From: Blepharisma stoltei ATCC 30299
Taxonomy: Eukaryota; Protista; Ciliophora
Direction: 5' to 3'
DNA: 64,000 nucleotides
Assembly (NCBI GenBank): GCA_965603825.1
Contig: CBFDEM010000002.1
Span: 310,001 to 374,000, forward strand
Shown: positions 11,578-24,787 of the stretch, piece after piece
Layout of the letters: every line of letters starts with the position of its first letter
Numbering within the stretch: position 1 is the stretch's first letter
The notes under the pieces: generated by a model
The model's input: only the letters and a program-made list of their open reading frames with translations
Databases searched by the model: none
Told to the model about the DNA's origin: nothing
Position numbers and translations under genes: made by a program

Positions 11578-13998
11578 ATGAACGATTCTATAGGAGCAGG
11601 ACCTCCAGTTACAGTCCAATTAGGAAAAACTGGCTCAACAAGTCTTGATAAAGACAAAATCAGAGTAAGAATTCAAGAATCTTATGAATCCTCAAAAACT
11701 GACACACACAAATTTAAGCGAATTTGGGGAAAGAATTCTGCAGCAATTCTAATTCAAAGTCTATGAAGAGGATACTGAGTAAGAAAAACAGTCGGAAAGC
11801 ATATAGGGGAAAGAAGCAAATACGCAACACTTATTCAAAAACACGTCCGAGGCTTTCTACTAAGGCTGAAACTTAAAAGAGATTTAGAAAATCTTCTAAA
11901 AGAAACCCACAATGACCATTTACTCTTTTCTCCTGAAGAATATCAGCAGTATATTGCTATACGAAAAATCGAAGACCATTATATTAACGTTTATAAGAAA
12001 AATAAAGCTTGGAAAAACCTAAAAAGCAAATCAGCTGTAAAAATTCAATCAAAATTCAAATCATGAAGAATCAGCAGATATGAACTACCGTTTATTAATG
12101 ATAAAAAAATTTATATATTAAAGAGCCAGCAAAGGACTTTTATATGTATGCTAAGAGCTTTATCAAACTTCGATGAAAATCAGTACCATCCTGCCAATTC
12201 TGTAAGAGATAGAATGGCACCTGAGTTTTTCCAAAATTTAAAAATAAATTCTAGATACAACTTTACTGATTTGTTTAAGCGGATTAAAGACTGCTCCACA
12301 ATAAAGGTCATTCGATTTCCTGACATAGAGAATTTGAAGTACTCATCAATACCTTTGGTGCAGTTTATAACATGGCTCCCATATGCGAAAATGGCTAATA
12401 GCTGAGAGCATAAGTCGATCACTAATGTTAGTGTTGTGAGTAAATACCAAAATAAAGAGGATTTACCACTATTAAAAAAACTTAGAATAAGAGGCTGCAA
12501 TTTGACTTCTCAAGAAATCGAAAAACTAAAAGATCTAAAATTGTCATTAGATTCATATCTAGACTTAATTGAATTTGAGATTCCTTCTAAAGAATTTTCT
12601 AAAGAGCTTTTTATTTTGACACTAAAATATAATGAGCATGTCCACAATAAAGACCTTCCGATATTTTTGCCTTTATATGAATCACTTATTTTGAGAGTAA
12701 AAGCAGCCTGCACAATTCAAGCATGCTGAAGAGGCTATAAAGAAAGATCACAAATAAAAATAGGAAGAGATATAGTTGTAAGGCGCTGTGTTTATACTAT
12801 TCAAAGATGGTGGAGATTTTTAAAATTTTCCAGAAGATTTCAATGCTTGGTTGAGCTTAAATCATTACTATCTGAAATAAATACACCCACAGTTTATCTT
12901 GAAGAGCATTTTTTTCAATTTTTAAATCATACAGAATCAGCATTTACAATATTAGAACAAAATTTTACTTTTTATTGTGCTGGAGACAGAGTATATGTAA
13001 CTACTCAATGAATGAGAAAATTTTTGCCAGATTGATTGGGTGTTAAAGCATATTATGACCAATACGGAGGGACATTAATTTCCTCAGAAGAAAAAACGCT
13101 TCAAGCTGTAGTTTTGAGCGGTGCAAAAGTGGAAATTGTGAGTTTATACAGTGAAGTCTCAGAGAAGCCATATGTGACTGATGCATATTTAAAGTTCTTG
13201 AAAGTTGAATATAATTCAGTTGCTGAAGCAAGGCTGAGGACTACTATTATATTTTTGAAAACTTTGGATCATAAATCAAATACTTATATTCCCTTCTTAT
13301 CTAAAAAAGCGCTCGAGCACTCTTTCTTGATGTCGAGGCTAAGAAAAGTTTGGAAAGCACGGAATATAGATCACAAAAAGCCATGCCCTGCTATTACAAT
13401 TCTAGAAAAAGCCCTTTATCCAGTTATCGAAACGGATTATGTAAGAGTCCCAGAGCCTCCATCACCAGAATCTCAGCCTACTATTCTAGAAACCAAAGAA
13501 TCAGAAACACAAGAATCAGTGTCCCCTGTCTCTCTCCCAGAAATTTCTTATAAAGAGTTAATTCAAGATAGGGTAAAGCGCTGCCGCGAAGAAACAAGAA
13601 GAAGGCAAACTGAAGCAAAGCTAGCTAAAGATGTTGAAAATGAAGCGAAAATTATGGCTTCTAAAGAAAACAAGGAAAGAACCCAAAGCTTGATCACTAT
13701 AAAGGAGTCTTTAGAATTTAAAGAAAAAATACTAAAAAGAAATTTTGTGAAAAGACAAATTGAAAAGAAAAAATACGCTGATGAGCAAAGGGCATTTATT
13801 AATAATTTCGCTCAAGCCAAAAATATGATACAGAAACTAATGAAAAAGAGCGATTTAGACAGGTGGAAATTTAAAACACAGAATGAAATTAATACGAAAG
13901 TTAGCGAATTTAAGCAGAAATCTCAAGAAAGAAGAGAGCTTGTCCAGTCAATGCTGTATGAGAAATTTAAAGCCAAACAGAAATTGGCTGAGTTGTAA
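11578..13998 (+). CDS. Multiple IQ calmodulin-binding motif protein (806 aa)
   Basis: IQSLW(TGA)RGYW(TGA)VRK, IQKHVRGFLLR, IQACW(TGA)RGYKER, IQRWWR. One frame with 7 TGA and no TAA/TAG until 13996. Confidence 0.85.
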
Positions 13999-14100
13999 TA
14001 ATGATTTAAAATTCTTTTTAATATTAAATAATATATGTAGGTTGGTTGAAAAATTAAGGGCTTAAGCAGTAATAATGATTTAAATTTATTTTTATTATTG

Positions 14101-15006
14101 TTAAACCAAAGAATTATCAGACGGATTATCACTAATAATTTCAACTCCTTTGATATTTCTTTGCGATAAATCTTGTAACACTTTTTCATAACTATCTGGT
14201 TCAGCTCTCACAGTAAATCTCCATATTGGTATCGCCATATAATCAGTTTTCGGCTCATCAATCGCAAATCGAACCATTTTTTTATTTTTCATTCCATCTG
14301 CAGTCGCATCAAAATCATACTCTTCTAAAATGATTTTAGAAGTATCATATTCTTCAAGAAATTGGGTTTGCTTATAGAGATTGATTTCTTTCCCTAAGGC
14401 TTTGAAAATCTCTCTTTCTTTACCAATTTTTCTAGGAGCTGATTTTTGATATGTAGTTTCTGGTTTTCGTTTTTTAGGAACAGTTTGGATTCTCTGCTTA
14501 TAAATCTTTGCATATTCTTTTAAGAATTCTCTGTCTTCTTCAATATCTTGATAATCAATTAGCCTATATATTGAGGAGTCAATTTCTACATCCTCCTCTT
14601 CTTCCTCATCTTCTTTCTCTTCAGAGCTGTCAAAGATTCTCTTTTTATTTTTATTTGCTGAAGAATTGACGTTAAGAGCACCTCTTGCTATTTTTGAGTT
14701 GTTTTCTTTTAATTCAGATTTTAATGGTTTCTCTTTTTGTATTTCTTCATTTTTTCGTGGCTCTTCATTGGTATTTTTTTCAGTTATTGTGTTTTCATTT
14801 TGAGTCTTTTTTGCAATTTTCTTTTTTGTCTTGAGAGACAGATTTGGTGGCGTGAGCTTTCGTTTTACAGAGATGGGTTTTCTTGATGATTTATTGCTGA
14901 GAGGAACAAGAGGTTGAGGAATCACATGCAATTTATAGTTGAATAATTCTTTACAAACAAGAAATCCTAAAGTTATGTATAAAAGCCTGGCGGTTTGTTT
15001 TTGCAT
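14101..15006 (-). CDS. Hypothetical protein with basic and acidic tracts and a possible PP1-docking KMVRF motif
   Basis: 301-aa ORF ending TAA. Start codon uncertain. Confidence 0.65.
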   Translation of the reverse strand: MQKQTARLLYITLGFLVCKELFNYKLHVIPQPLVPLSNKSSRKPISVKRKLTPPNLSLKTKKKIAKKTQNENTITEKNTNEEPRKNEEIQKEKPLKSELKENNSKIARGALNVNSSANKNKKRIFDSSEEKEDEEEEEDVEIDSSIYRLIDYQDIEEDREFLKEYAKIYKQRIQTVPKKRKPETTYQKSAPRKIGKEREIFKALGKEINLYKQTQFLEEYDTSKIILEEYDFDATADGMKNKKMVRFAIDEPKTDYMAIPIWRFTVRAEPDSYEKVLQDLSQRNIKGVEIISDNPSDNSLV

Positions 15007-15185
15007 TAATTAGCCCCCAAAAAATAATTTTATAAGAATTTATAATAAAAAATATACAAAATATATATCCTCAGTCCCAGAAGTGCTATGCAGTATCAAA
15101 ACTTCTAGTTAGCTATTTCTACACATTTAAAACATATTAATATCAGGTAAATTTTCTTCAAAACTGATTTTATTATAATTACCAA

Positions 15186-18100
15186 TTAGAATATAAAATT
15201 TTCCCTTTTAGGAGCCTTTTTGCTTTTAATAGAGGGCAATTTGATATCTTGAAGTTTAGGTTTTGTAATTCTTATTTTCTTTTTATGATTATTATCAATA
15301 ATATCAACTTTCACCCCAAAAAAATTCTGTAGCATCTTCATTCCTTTTTCAAATTCATAAGGACTTCCTTTATCAAAAACCATAGCATTTGAGCTGGTCT
15401 GAGGTGGGACACCATATGAAACCCTATATCTTCCATATGAAGTTGACTTTTTAGACTGTGAAGCAGTTTTTGGGTTTGTGGTGTCATCCAGCTCATCACT
15501 ATTTTTTGTTCTTGATTTCTTTGTCCTATGCGAATCTGAGCCAACATTAGCATCAGCTGCTTCGCTGGTATATTGACTTCGTGCCTGGACAATTGTTGGA
15601 TTTAAAGACTTTGATTTGAGTTTTGCTGGGACACTTGAAAAGTTTATTGAATCTGTTGTGCTTTGCATCTGGCCATTATTAAATATTGCTTGGCTTTGTT
15701 GATTTCTCTTTTTATTAAAATTCGGGGTTTGTTGAATATGTGGAAGAATCGGATTTTTACTTCCTCTTAATTCTTGATTAGGCCCGTAAAAACTTTTCCT
15801 GAGTATCACATCATTTAATATCCTATCATTTGGCGATTGGCTTCAAATAGGGTCATTTGATTTTATGGCACTTTGCACTGATGCTAATCCACTAGATGTA
15901 AGTTTTAAGCTCTTATCTGAAAAAATAGAGCTTCCATCTGAGTACAAAGACAGTGCTGGGGTTTGTTTAGTTTTATTTGATGGGATTTTCTTGAGCTCTC
16001 TGAGTTCTCTGTCAAATGAAGATTCTTTTTCTTCAGTAAGAAGAGCATCTTTTATGTGCTGCAAATCAGTATTAAGGGTTGGGCTTTGAGTTTGAGAATA
16101 TGGGTCAATAGATATATAGTCATTTGAAGTGACATTGGTTAATGATTTTTGTGTGTCATTGCATGTCATTTCTTCTGAATGAAGCTCTTTTACTTCTTCC
16201 AATTCAGATGAATCTATAGGCCGAGTCATTTGAGAATGCAGCTTATTTTGGTTCGCCTCTTTTCTTATTGCATTTTCTGCAATGTGCTCGCTTCTTTTAT
16301 CTTCATGCTTAATTTTAGGTGAGATATGTTTTGGAGAAATTTCTAGATTTTTATTAGAGTCTTTTGAACTTTCATCAACCTTGCCCCGCTTTGTTGTTTT
16401 TATTTCTAAAGAAACTACTTTAGTCTCAACCAGTGTTTCTTCAGTTTTTATAATCTTTTGTTTTTCTTCTTTATTTTCTAGCATTAGATCTTGGCTTTTA
16501 TTCTCATTCTTCTCCAGCTTTTTCGTTGTATCATTAACTTTACTATTTTTTCTTTTAGTATTGGAATCAGCTTTTACTTCTTTATATCCTTCATCTTCTA
16601 TTTTATTTTCAACTTTTGCTACTGATTTCTTTTTCTCTTCCGAATATTTATTCTTGTCAGTAATATTTATTTGCTGCTGTTCTGCATTTTTATTTCTTCT
16701 TTCGCTGGGTGGACTTCCAATTTCTGGCTTTTCTGCTTCGTTTGCTTTTTCTCTAATGCTCTTAGAATTATTTTTACTATCAGGCAGTGATGCTTTTTCA
16801 ATAGTATTTGATTTTTCTATGCTTAATTTTGGAAGTTTTGGGCTTTCAACTTTTTTTAAATCTTTTTGAGGCTTTTCACTTGCATTTAACTCAGGAGTGT
16901 TTTTAATTTCAAGCTCTTTGAATTTTAAAGCTGGCAGTATTCTGTTTTTAGTTTCTATTTCAGAGTTATTGGGGATATCTGCCTCTTTATTAGTCAAAGC
17001 AATCGTTTCTTTTTTATTTTCTTTAACCTCGCTTTGTGCTACTTTTGGAGTGCCACTATTTTTTCTTAAGGAATCTGAATTTTGATCAATTGAATTTGTT
17101 AAAGAAGTTTTATGTGAGTGGATTGGTTTGCTGTTTATTTGTCTATCAGGATTTTCCTTTGGGGTTTTCGATATTTCTTGCTTATCCTTCACTTGATTAT
17201 CTTCTTTAGAATTTGTTTCAAGAGTATTTTGAATGGGAATTTCTTGATTTTTGTTAGATTCTGTGAGCTTAGGGTTATCTGATATGTTCTTTGAATATTT
17301 TAAAGCATCTATCTCCTTTATTGCTAAATCTTTGGTGATATTATTATTTGGGGCTTGATCCTTAATTTCTTCTTCTGTCTTCTTCGAGAAATGATGAATT
17401 TCTTCTTTTGATTGATCACTTATTGGCATGTCTGAAGTTTCTCTTGGTCCATTTTCTTTTTCTTGAAGTTTTATATTGCTTGATAATGATTCTTCTACTT
17501 CTGGATGCTCAATAGATGGCTTTGAACTATTTTTTTGTAATTGAACTCCTGGGCCGCTTATTTTTGGAAGAGTTTCACTATGATTTTCTATCTTTTCCTT
17601 TTTTTTAGTAAAATTCTCATTACTATCAATTTCTACATCTTTTTCTTGTGCTTTAGGGTTTTCGTTTTCTTTATTAGTTTCTAACTGACGCTCACTACCA
17701 TTAAGGTTAAAAGCATTTCTCGTTTCCTCTTCTTTTTTATTTATTTCTCCATTTGGATTTTTATTTTCACTCTTTAAATTTGGTATTTCAACTTTGCTGA
17801 TTTGCTCATTCCCATGTTTCTTTTCTTCTAAAGCCGCTTTTGCATTTGTTTCAGTACTATTAGTGTTATTTTCATAGATTTTGTCTTCAATAATGTTTGT
17901 TTGCTTTTTCTTTAATTTTTCCTCTTCTGCTTCTCTTGGAGCTTGTGCCTGCTCATAAATGCTATTTGTCTCTTCGCCATTACCTAATTTTGTTTTAGAA
18001 AGAGAATTGCTATTTTTTTCTATATTCTTTTCAGACTCGCTCTTAATTGCTAGATCTTCTTTTTTAAGAGTGTTCTTTTTTTTGATATCTGAGTCTCCTT

Positions 18101-19913
18101 TATTTTCATCCTCTGTAACTGAATTTACGACTCTTACTTCTTTGCTGTTAAATTCTGTCTTTTTTCCTTCAATATCATTAAGGATCCCATTTGCATTTTC
18201 CACTTTATTCTCGCTAGCTTCATTCAGAATTTTACTTGGTAATTCTGTGGTGATATTTTGGATTTTTGTTGTTTCTTTAACTATTTCTTGCTTGCTTGAC
18301 TTTACATCTGGAATTATATAATTTGTTTTATCTTGAATTTCTTCTTCTTTCTTTTCTTCTTTCTTTTCTTCTTTCCCTTCTTTTTTCTCTTCATCTTTCT
18401 CTTCTTCTTCTTTCTCTATCTCTTTCTCTGTTTCTTTCTCTGCTTCTTTTTCTTTTTCTTTCTCTTTTTCTTTTTCTTTCTCTTCTTTCTCTTCATTTTC
18501 TTTCTCTTTTTTTTCTTCATTTTCTTTCTTTTCTCCTTCTCCTTCTTCTTCTTCTTTTTTCTTTTCTTTTACTTCTTCCTTTTTGTCTACTTTTTCTTTT
18601 TCTTCTATTTCCGTTTTTCCTGCTTCTGCTGCTTTTTCATTGAGCTTAAGATCATTGTCTTTAATTATATCTCCAGATTTTATATTAAACTCAGCTTTAG
18701 CTTCCAATAAAGCTACTTCATTTTCAATTCTTGGTTCTTCGTGAGCTCCATTAATTTTTTCAATTTTGTCTACCTGGTGCTGGACTGCTTCAGGATTTGC
18801 TTGAGCTTCTTCTTGGGAATTTTCATTTGTTATATTTTCAACTTCTTTTGCATCAATTTCCTTCATTTCATCTATTTTATGTTGCTCTTCTATATTCTTA
18901 TGGATAATTAGCTCATTCTGATCTTTAATTTCGACATTTACAGCTTCTCCATTTGCTTTATCAAGATTTCCATTTTTCCCAGCATCTTTATTTTCGAAAA
19001 TTTTATCCTCATCCCCGTTTTTAAGTATATTTTCATTATTTTCTATACTTTTTGGAGACTCCTTTCTAGAAATGATCGAATTTTCTTCAGTGTTTTTGAT
19101 TCCTTCTACGGCATTTTCATTTTGGCCATGCAAATTGTCATGAGTTAATGATTCTGCTTTCTCAATATCACTAATTCCTTCTAAGTCACTTCCAAAAATT
19201 TCTTTATGATCAAAATGCTCTTTATCACGTGAGGTATTATTTTTATCAATACTCAAATCTTTGCTGAGCTCAGGACTTACAACTTCCTCTTGATTGCCAT
19301 TTTTTGGAGTGTTCTGACTTAGCTCAGCTTTTTTATCGACAATTTTAGAAGAATTTTCATCAATTTCATTTGCTTTATCCAAATTTTGAAACTCTTCGCT
19401 TTGCACTTTACTGTTTTCAATAGCTTCCTTATTCTTATCCTCAATCTCAGGATTTTCAGATGTAGCATTTTTGGTTTCTTTATCAATTTGCTTAATATTT
19501 TCATTTATATTAGCATTTACATCTTCCTTATCTATTTGATTAATAGCTTCGATTTCGTTGGTAGGTTTAATATCCAGCTGCTCATCTTTTTCGAGGTTTT
19601 TTCCAGCACTTTTATCTGATTTTTTTTCTGTTTCTTCAATAAGCACTTGAGATTTCGGCTGAGTATCTTTTTGTGATAAATCCTGAGGTTTTGTGTATGT
19701 TAATTTATGCTTTTTTAATTCATTTACAAAATCGTCTGAAATAAGATTAGAATCATATATATTTCCTTGTTTTATGTTTTTTCTATTTCTTTGTCGAAAA
19801 ACGAACGCTGAATACTCGGGCATAGCTACACACAAAGATTTTCGGGTTAAAGTTCCTCTGATTCATTTTTGAATCCCTATTACAATTGCATCTTTTGGTT
19901 TTGCTGTTGTCAT
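15186..19913 (-). CDS. Large low-complexity E/K/N-rich protein with N-terminal IQ motif (1575 aa)
   Basis: ATG 19913 MTTAKPKDAIVIGIQKW(TGA)IRGTLTRK (IQ motif). Reads through TGA 15843 into ORF 15186-15809. Confidence 0.85.
18335..18605. repeat. Polypurine/polypyrimidine low-complexity tract encoding an (E/K)n run
   Basis: Almost pure T/C on the + strand. Encodes EKEKEKEEEEKKE on the - strand. Confidence 0.9.
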
Positions 19914-19997
19914 TATTTATTATTTACTATAAGTATAACTGATTTCATTAGATTTATTTAGTTATTAATCTTTTGTAATAATTTATTCTGAGTAAAA

Positions 19998-20960
19998 ATG
20001 ATCTCCAACACTGCAGCTAGTACCGTCTACCGGTCTTCTTCTATTTATAACACTGACTCATCTTCTTTGCTGGAAACGCAGAGTTCTCGCGATTCAATAC
20101 TTGAAAAATCAAAGCAATCTTCTGAAAAAAGCTCATTTTCTAGTGCAAATTCTGAGGATCTTGCAAAAGCCAAAGAAAGCAAAATCTGTTACATCTGCAA
20201 TAAGGGGTTTATGCTGAAGCGAAAATTCATTTGCAAAAAATGTTTAAACGCTGTCTGTGCAGACCACTCCAAAGAAAAAGCTAATGGCGAGAAAACTTAT
20301 AGAGTATGCGACCAATGTGACAATGAAGCTACCAAAAAAGAAATAAAACTCGAAATTGAAGACGAAATTTCAAAAATGAGTGAAGAGTTACAAATGGCCA
20401 AAGCCGCAAATGAAAGGCTGAATCGTGAATATTTTGATAAAACTGCAGCAGTGAACATGCTAGAGATGGAAATCGAAGGTGCCGAGATCGAGCACAAAGA
20501 AAAAATCGAGTTGACACAGAAACTCCTCAAAGAGCAGCAATGAAAGAAAAATACACTCTCAGCTGAGCTTGAAAAATTACGCAAAGCAGTCGAGTCTTCT
20601 AAAGAAGCCGAAAAAAACCTCTCAGAAAAATGCGTGAAATCTGAAGCTGACTTAGAAGAGCTCAGAGCTCAAGCCATCACAATTCATACAACCACTGAAG
20701 AAATGAAGAACGAAATTGAAAAAATTAATTTGAGAATTCGAAATAGCATGAATTTAGAAGAAGTAAGTAAGCTGTTATGTGTGAGATGTAAAGATAAAGT
20801 AAATGTTGCGTATCAGAATAGAGTAGATGATCCAAGCCTTGATGATCCAACACAAAGTACATTGAGTTTGCCTGAAAGAAGATCAATTATTGATGATGTA
20901 AGAGATATGAGAAATTCGCTGGAAAATGGCCGAACCCCTAAGAAGTGCTTATTAATGTAA
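19998..20960 (+). CDS. FYVE-like zinc finger + coiled-coil protein with C-terminal CaaX
   Basis: CYICNKGF..RKFICKKCLNAVCADHS..RVCDQC, heptad coiled coil, ends KKCLLM*. One TGA at 20541. Confidence 0.8.
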
Positions 20961-21017
20961 CTAGATTTATTAATAAAAAACAGGTTTACAAGAATAATTT
21001 TTTATCTAGCTAGTTAT

Positions 21018-21698
21018 TTAAGGCCATGCTTGGTAACAGGAAATAAGAGCAGAAACCAACCCTCCGAGTCCGATCCATTTTTCTGAGAAATTTTTCCCGA
21101 AAATCTTGAGTGCAATTTGTGCCCCGCCAGCTGCAGGAATCATATCGCCTAGTGTTTTCACAAGGTTAATATAGATCTGAGTCCTTGCACCTTTCAAGGC
21201 ATCAAGTGTCTGTTTAGTGGATTGTGCATTTGAATCAGTTGATGGACGCTTTAATTTTGCATCCTTCGACAAATTTATTACCAAATTTCTCAATAAATTG
21301 ATCAGAGTAAAAATCAAAGCAATAAATCAACAAGTCATAGCAGATTTCGTCAGCTTTTGGGTGTCTCTCTTTATAAATTTGATTGCAGATAGAATTGCTA
21401 AATTATCAAAAAGCCAATAGAAAAAGAAAGCTAAACGTGACAAAAATTGAAGGGCTCGCTGAGGGTTATCAATTCCAACATTTTGAAGAAGCTTTACCAT
21501 TGCGTCGTATTCGTGAACACTTTTCCAGAGACGAAACATTTTTCTGGCATCTCTGCTTGCAGTGAAAAGGCCGTTAAGCCGTTCCTTTGTGACTGGATTG
21601 GAAAGAAGGGCTTTTAGCATTCTACTGCCATATTGTAATACTTTGCAGAACTTGTCTCGGCCTTCTGTTTTATTGCTGAATACAATAAGCTTGTCCAT
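21018..21698 (-). CDS. PEX11: Peroxisomal biogenesis factor 11
   Basis: TEGRDKFCKVLQY, ARKMFRL, YWLFDN, C-terminal GLGGLVSALIS. TGA at 21327 sits at a family Trp. Confidence 0.93.
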
Positions 21699-21818
21699 TT
21701 TTTATTAATGACGTAGATAAATGCTAGAGATTTAAATATGACGAAATACATGTGACTAAAATGAATTGAAGCTTTTTTGGGAATAGAGGTAAATATTGAT
21801 TAAAAAGAAGGAACAAAA

Positions 21819-22709
21819 TTATTTGTTTTTAATTATAAAAGACATCATTGTCATTTGGGCAGATTTATGATTTTCATCCTTTTCATCTTCAGCTATTTCT
21901 TTATTGTGTTTATGGCTATTTATTTGTTTAGAAATAGTCTCATGCTTTACTTGTATTGATGATTGCTTGAGTTTAATATTTTCACCTGCTGGGAAAAGGG
22001 TAGTTTGCATTTTTAGCTTTTTTGTAGGATGCTGGTCTTCTATATGGTCCAGTTTTCTCTTGATTAAGTTATCCATTGGTCCTCTCACTTCTGTGTTTTC
22101 TTCAATAGTGTACAATTTATTTGAAAAAATATCACTTATTTCATTTTTTTGTTTATTTTCTTTCAATGTCTTTTTTATTTTCACAGGATGAGGAGTTGAC
22201 ACAATTTTCTTTTTTACTTCAGGCTCACCTTTTACTGGTGTAAAAGCGACTGATCTTTGAGTATTATTAGTTTTGCTATTTAAAATTCCTTTCAATCCTT
22301 GTGAAGCTGCTTCGTCAATTTCGAGATCCATGTCTTCATTATTTTCACTGAATTTCATAAATTTTCTTTCAGCTTGAGGTAGATTATTTAAAGATGCTGG
22401 AAAATACGTTAATCCTTGATTTCTTAATAATTTCAGTTTGAATTCATGATCAGTTAAGAAAAAATTGTTGCTCTTGTTAAGAGTAATTCCAAACAAAGCT
22501 TGATTTTGGCTCTGATTTGTACTGTAGATAAGTTTTATCTTATCAGGATGATAGTCTATATATACTCCACAAACTTCATAATTATTTATCAATAATGATA
22601 ATTCTTGTGCTGATTCTTCGAGTGATAAATTATATTTTTTAGCAAAATAGCTCACAGAGAGAGAACCTTGAGAAAGAAGTAGGCCCGTCGCAATTTCCCG
22701 CCAATCCAT
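21819..22709 (-). CDS. Probable DNA polymerase delta subunit 3 (p66/Cdc27/Pol32-like)
   Basis: N-terminal wHTH-like segment (LSVSYFAKKYNLSLEESAQEL), disordered basic middle, extreme C-terminal PIP box QMTMMSFI. Confidence 0.55.
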   Translation of the reverse strand: MDWREIATGLLLSQGSLSVSYFAKKYNLSLEESAQELSLLINNYEVCGVYIDYHPDKIKLIYSTNQSQNQALFGITLNKSNNFFLTDHEFKLKLLRNQGLTYFPASLNNLPQAERKFMKFSENNEDMDLEIDEAASQGLKGILNSKTNNTQRSVAFTPVKGEPEVKKKIVSTPHPVKIKKTLKENKQKNEISDIFSNKLYTIEENTEVRGPMDNLIKRKLDHIEDQHPTKKLKMQTTLFPAGENIKLKQSSIQVKHETISKQINSHKHNKEIAEDEKDENHKSAQMTMMSFIIKNK

Positions 22710-22877
22710 TTATTTAAATATAAGAATTAAATTAGTTTAACAGTAGATAAGAATGCATATTTTTAAAATTAAAATATGCATCCTTATTTGAAAATTTTTT
22801 GAGTGCCTTTTTAAATCTTCGTTTACTCTTATAACCAAAACAACTCACAATATTTATATAAATCTATTCATATTATA

Positions 22878-24617
22878 CTATGGAACCAATATTAATTCAT
22901 CTCGCATATTACTGAAGAGTTGAGTTTGCATTACAGCATTAATAAATGCGTGATCTTCCTTTGGAAACTGGCTTAATATTTTATTCTGCAACCCATCAAC
23001 TCCAATATATCGATTTATTTCAATTTCTGCTGTAATATATGAAAAATATTCTTTAATTGCTGAGGCAATTTCCAAAATAATCATTTTTTCTTGAGGGTTG
23101 GGATTGAAACATGCTGCTTTCTTAGGCAACAAGCCAAATATATTTTGGATTCTTTGTTTTAGCTGGGAGGCAGCTGGCTCTATAACAGTTTGTACAGTTG
23201 TTGTATCACCTTGAATTCTTGCACTTATCATAGGCTCATCAAGCATCACTCATATGATATTTTCTTTATTTGTTGGCCTTTGACAAATCCCAGCTAACAG
23301 CGGCACGGGTGCATCCAATAAATCTATCACTGAATTTGGAACTATTGGAATTAATAAATTTGGCCACCTAAACGGTCTTAAAAGTGCTGTGAACCCAAGC
23401 ACACAAGAAGTTAGCAGCCCTTTATTGCTTGACACAAGCACAACCGATTTTTCTTGCAAAACTGCACAGAAAAGCCAAAAAAAATCATTAAACTCAAGCG
23501 TTGAAAAAAGCGGCCCACAAAGTCAAGGGATATCAATCATACTCATATCTTCAGGGAACTCATATATGATTTTATCTAAATTTTCAATAGAAATTTCTAT
23601 CAATTCAGCATCTTGCACAAGCTCAATTTCAGCGTAAGCTGACAGAGCTCTTCTTTCATCTTTACACAATAATTCTTCTTTTCCTAAATCTTCTTCATTT
23701 ATTAGCGATTTCATTCTATTGATTCTTTTTAATGAAAGCATGCTAAATATCATCTCATAATGGAGCTCAAAAATAGGGATAAAGCTCACAAAGCAGTAGA
23801 CTTTGGGGACGACCCACTCCACTTGCTTGTCAGGCTGCATAGATAAGTCTTCTATTTGTAAGCAAATCATGTACATTACTTCTTGGTTAGAGTTGGGGAG
23901 CTCTCCGTGCTCTTTTTCAAGCTGAGTTGACTTTAAAGTAAAGATGTAGCAGTTATTTCCTCTTTTATTCTGAGTTTGGCCATATAGCAAAGAGTTCAAT
24001 TCTGATGCTGAACTTGAGAGTTTCATAGGGCGGACGTCAACTCCAGAAGGAAAACAGCAGTCTGCAAGTATTTTCCTAATATCTGAAGATAATTGAAAAC
24101 TACTTTCAGGATACTCATATACGATTTCTGGAGGGAAATTCAATCCACTCCCAAGCTTATCCGCAGAAACACTTATAATCAAAAATGAAACATATAAGTT
24201 TGGGTCATTGCACTCAAAAGAAATGCTCTGGTCAGGCAATGCTTGTTTTACACAGCTATCAGTATTTATTTCAACTGATTCTAAAGGATATCAATCATCA
24301 TTTGAATAATAATTTCTTTTTTGAGGTGAAAAAAGATTGAGATGGGACAAAGTGCATTGAGTTTTTTTGAGATTTGGCTCAAGTGTGTTTATTTCTTCGC
24401 TCTTTTTTGTTATAGGACTGCCTTTGAGTTCTGAAATTGTATTTTTCAGCTGCTCATTTTCAAGCCGAAGCATATTCATTTGATTGATATCATGCAAGCT
24501 TCCTTCAATTGCTTGCTCGTAAAGAAGCTTTAATTGAATATGCTCGGATTTTAATTGGATAAATTCTTTTTCCAGACCTTGATATTTAAGCTTTCAATAG
24601 CTATGCTGAGTTTCCAT
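22878..24617 (-). CDS. DENN-domain protein (Rab GEF family) with N-terminal coiled coil
   Basis: PEIVYEYP, CCFPSG, YCFVSFIP, VLQEKSVVLVSS, LLRPFRWPNLLIPIVP..DLLDAPVPLLAG, QTQLFS. Four track ORFs join through TGA. TAG stop. Confidence 0.92.
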
Positions 24618-24787
24618 TTTTTAATTTTCCGGCATTTCATTCGGAATATCCTGCAATAATCAGATAGGAAATATATGAAATTATTTGGAGAATTTCTATA
24701 GTCAAATAAGAAAAACATTTTTAAATTATATTTAATGATTTTATATTAAAATTCATTTCAGTTTCACCAAAATGGCGTCATAATTAT

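Noticed and set aside
5135-13998. Mass pseudogenisation or selenoproteins as the reason for fragmented ORFs
   Set aside because: The interruptions are all TGA, keep the frame and fall on Trp (not Cys) positions.
16282-18710. Phe/Leu/Ser-rich + strand ORFs that look like membrane proteins
   Set aside because: They are antisense shadows of the E/K-rich - strand gene. The same applies to most short opposite-strand ORFs in the track.
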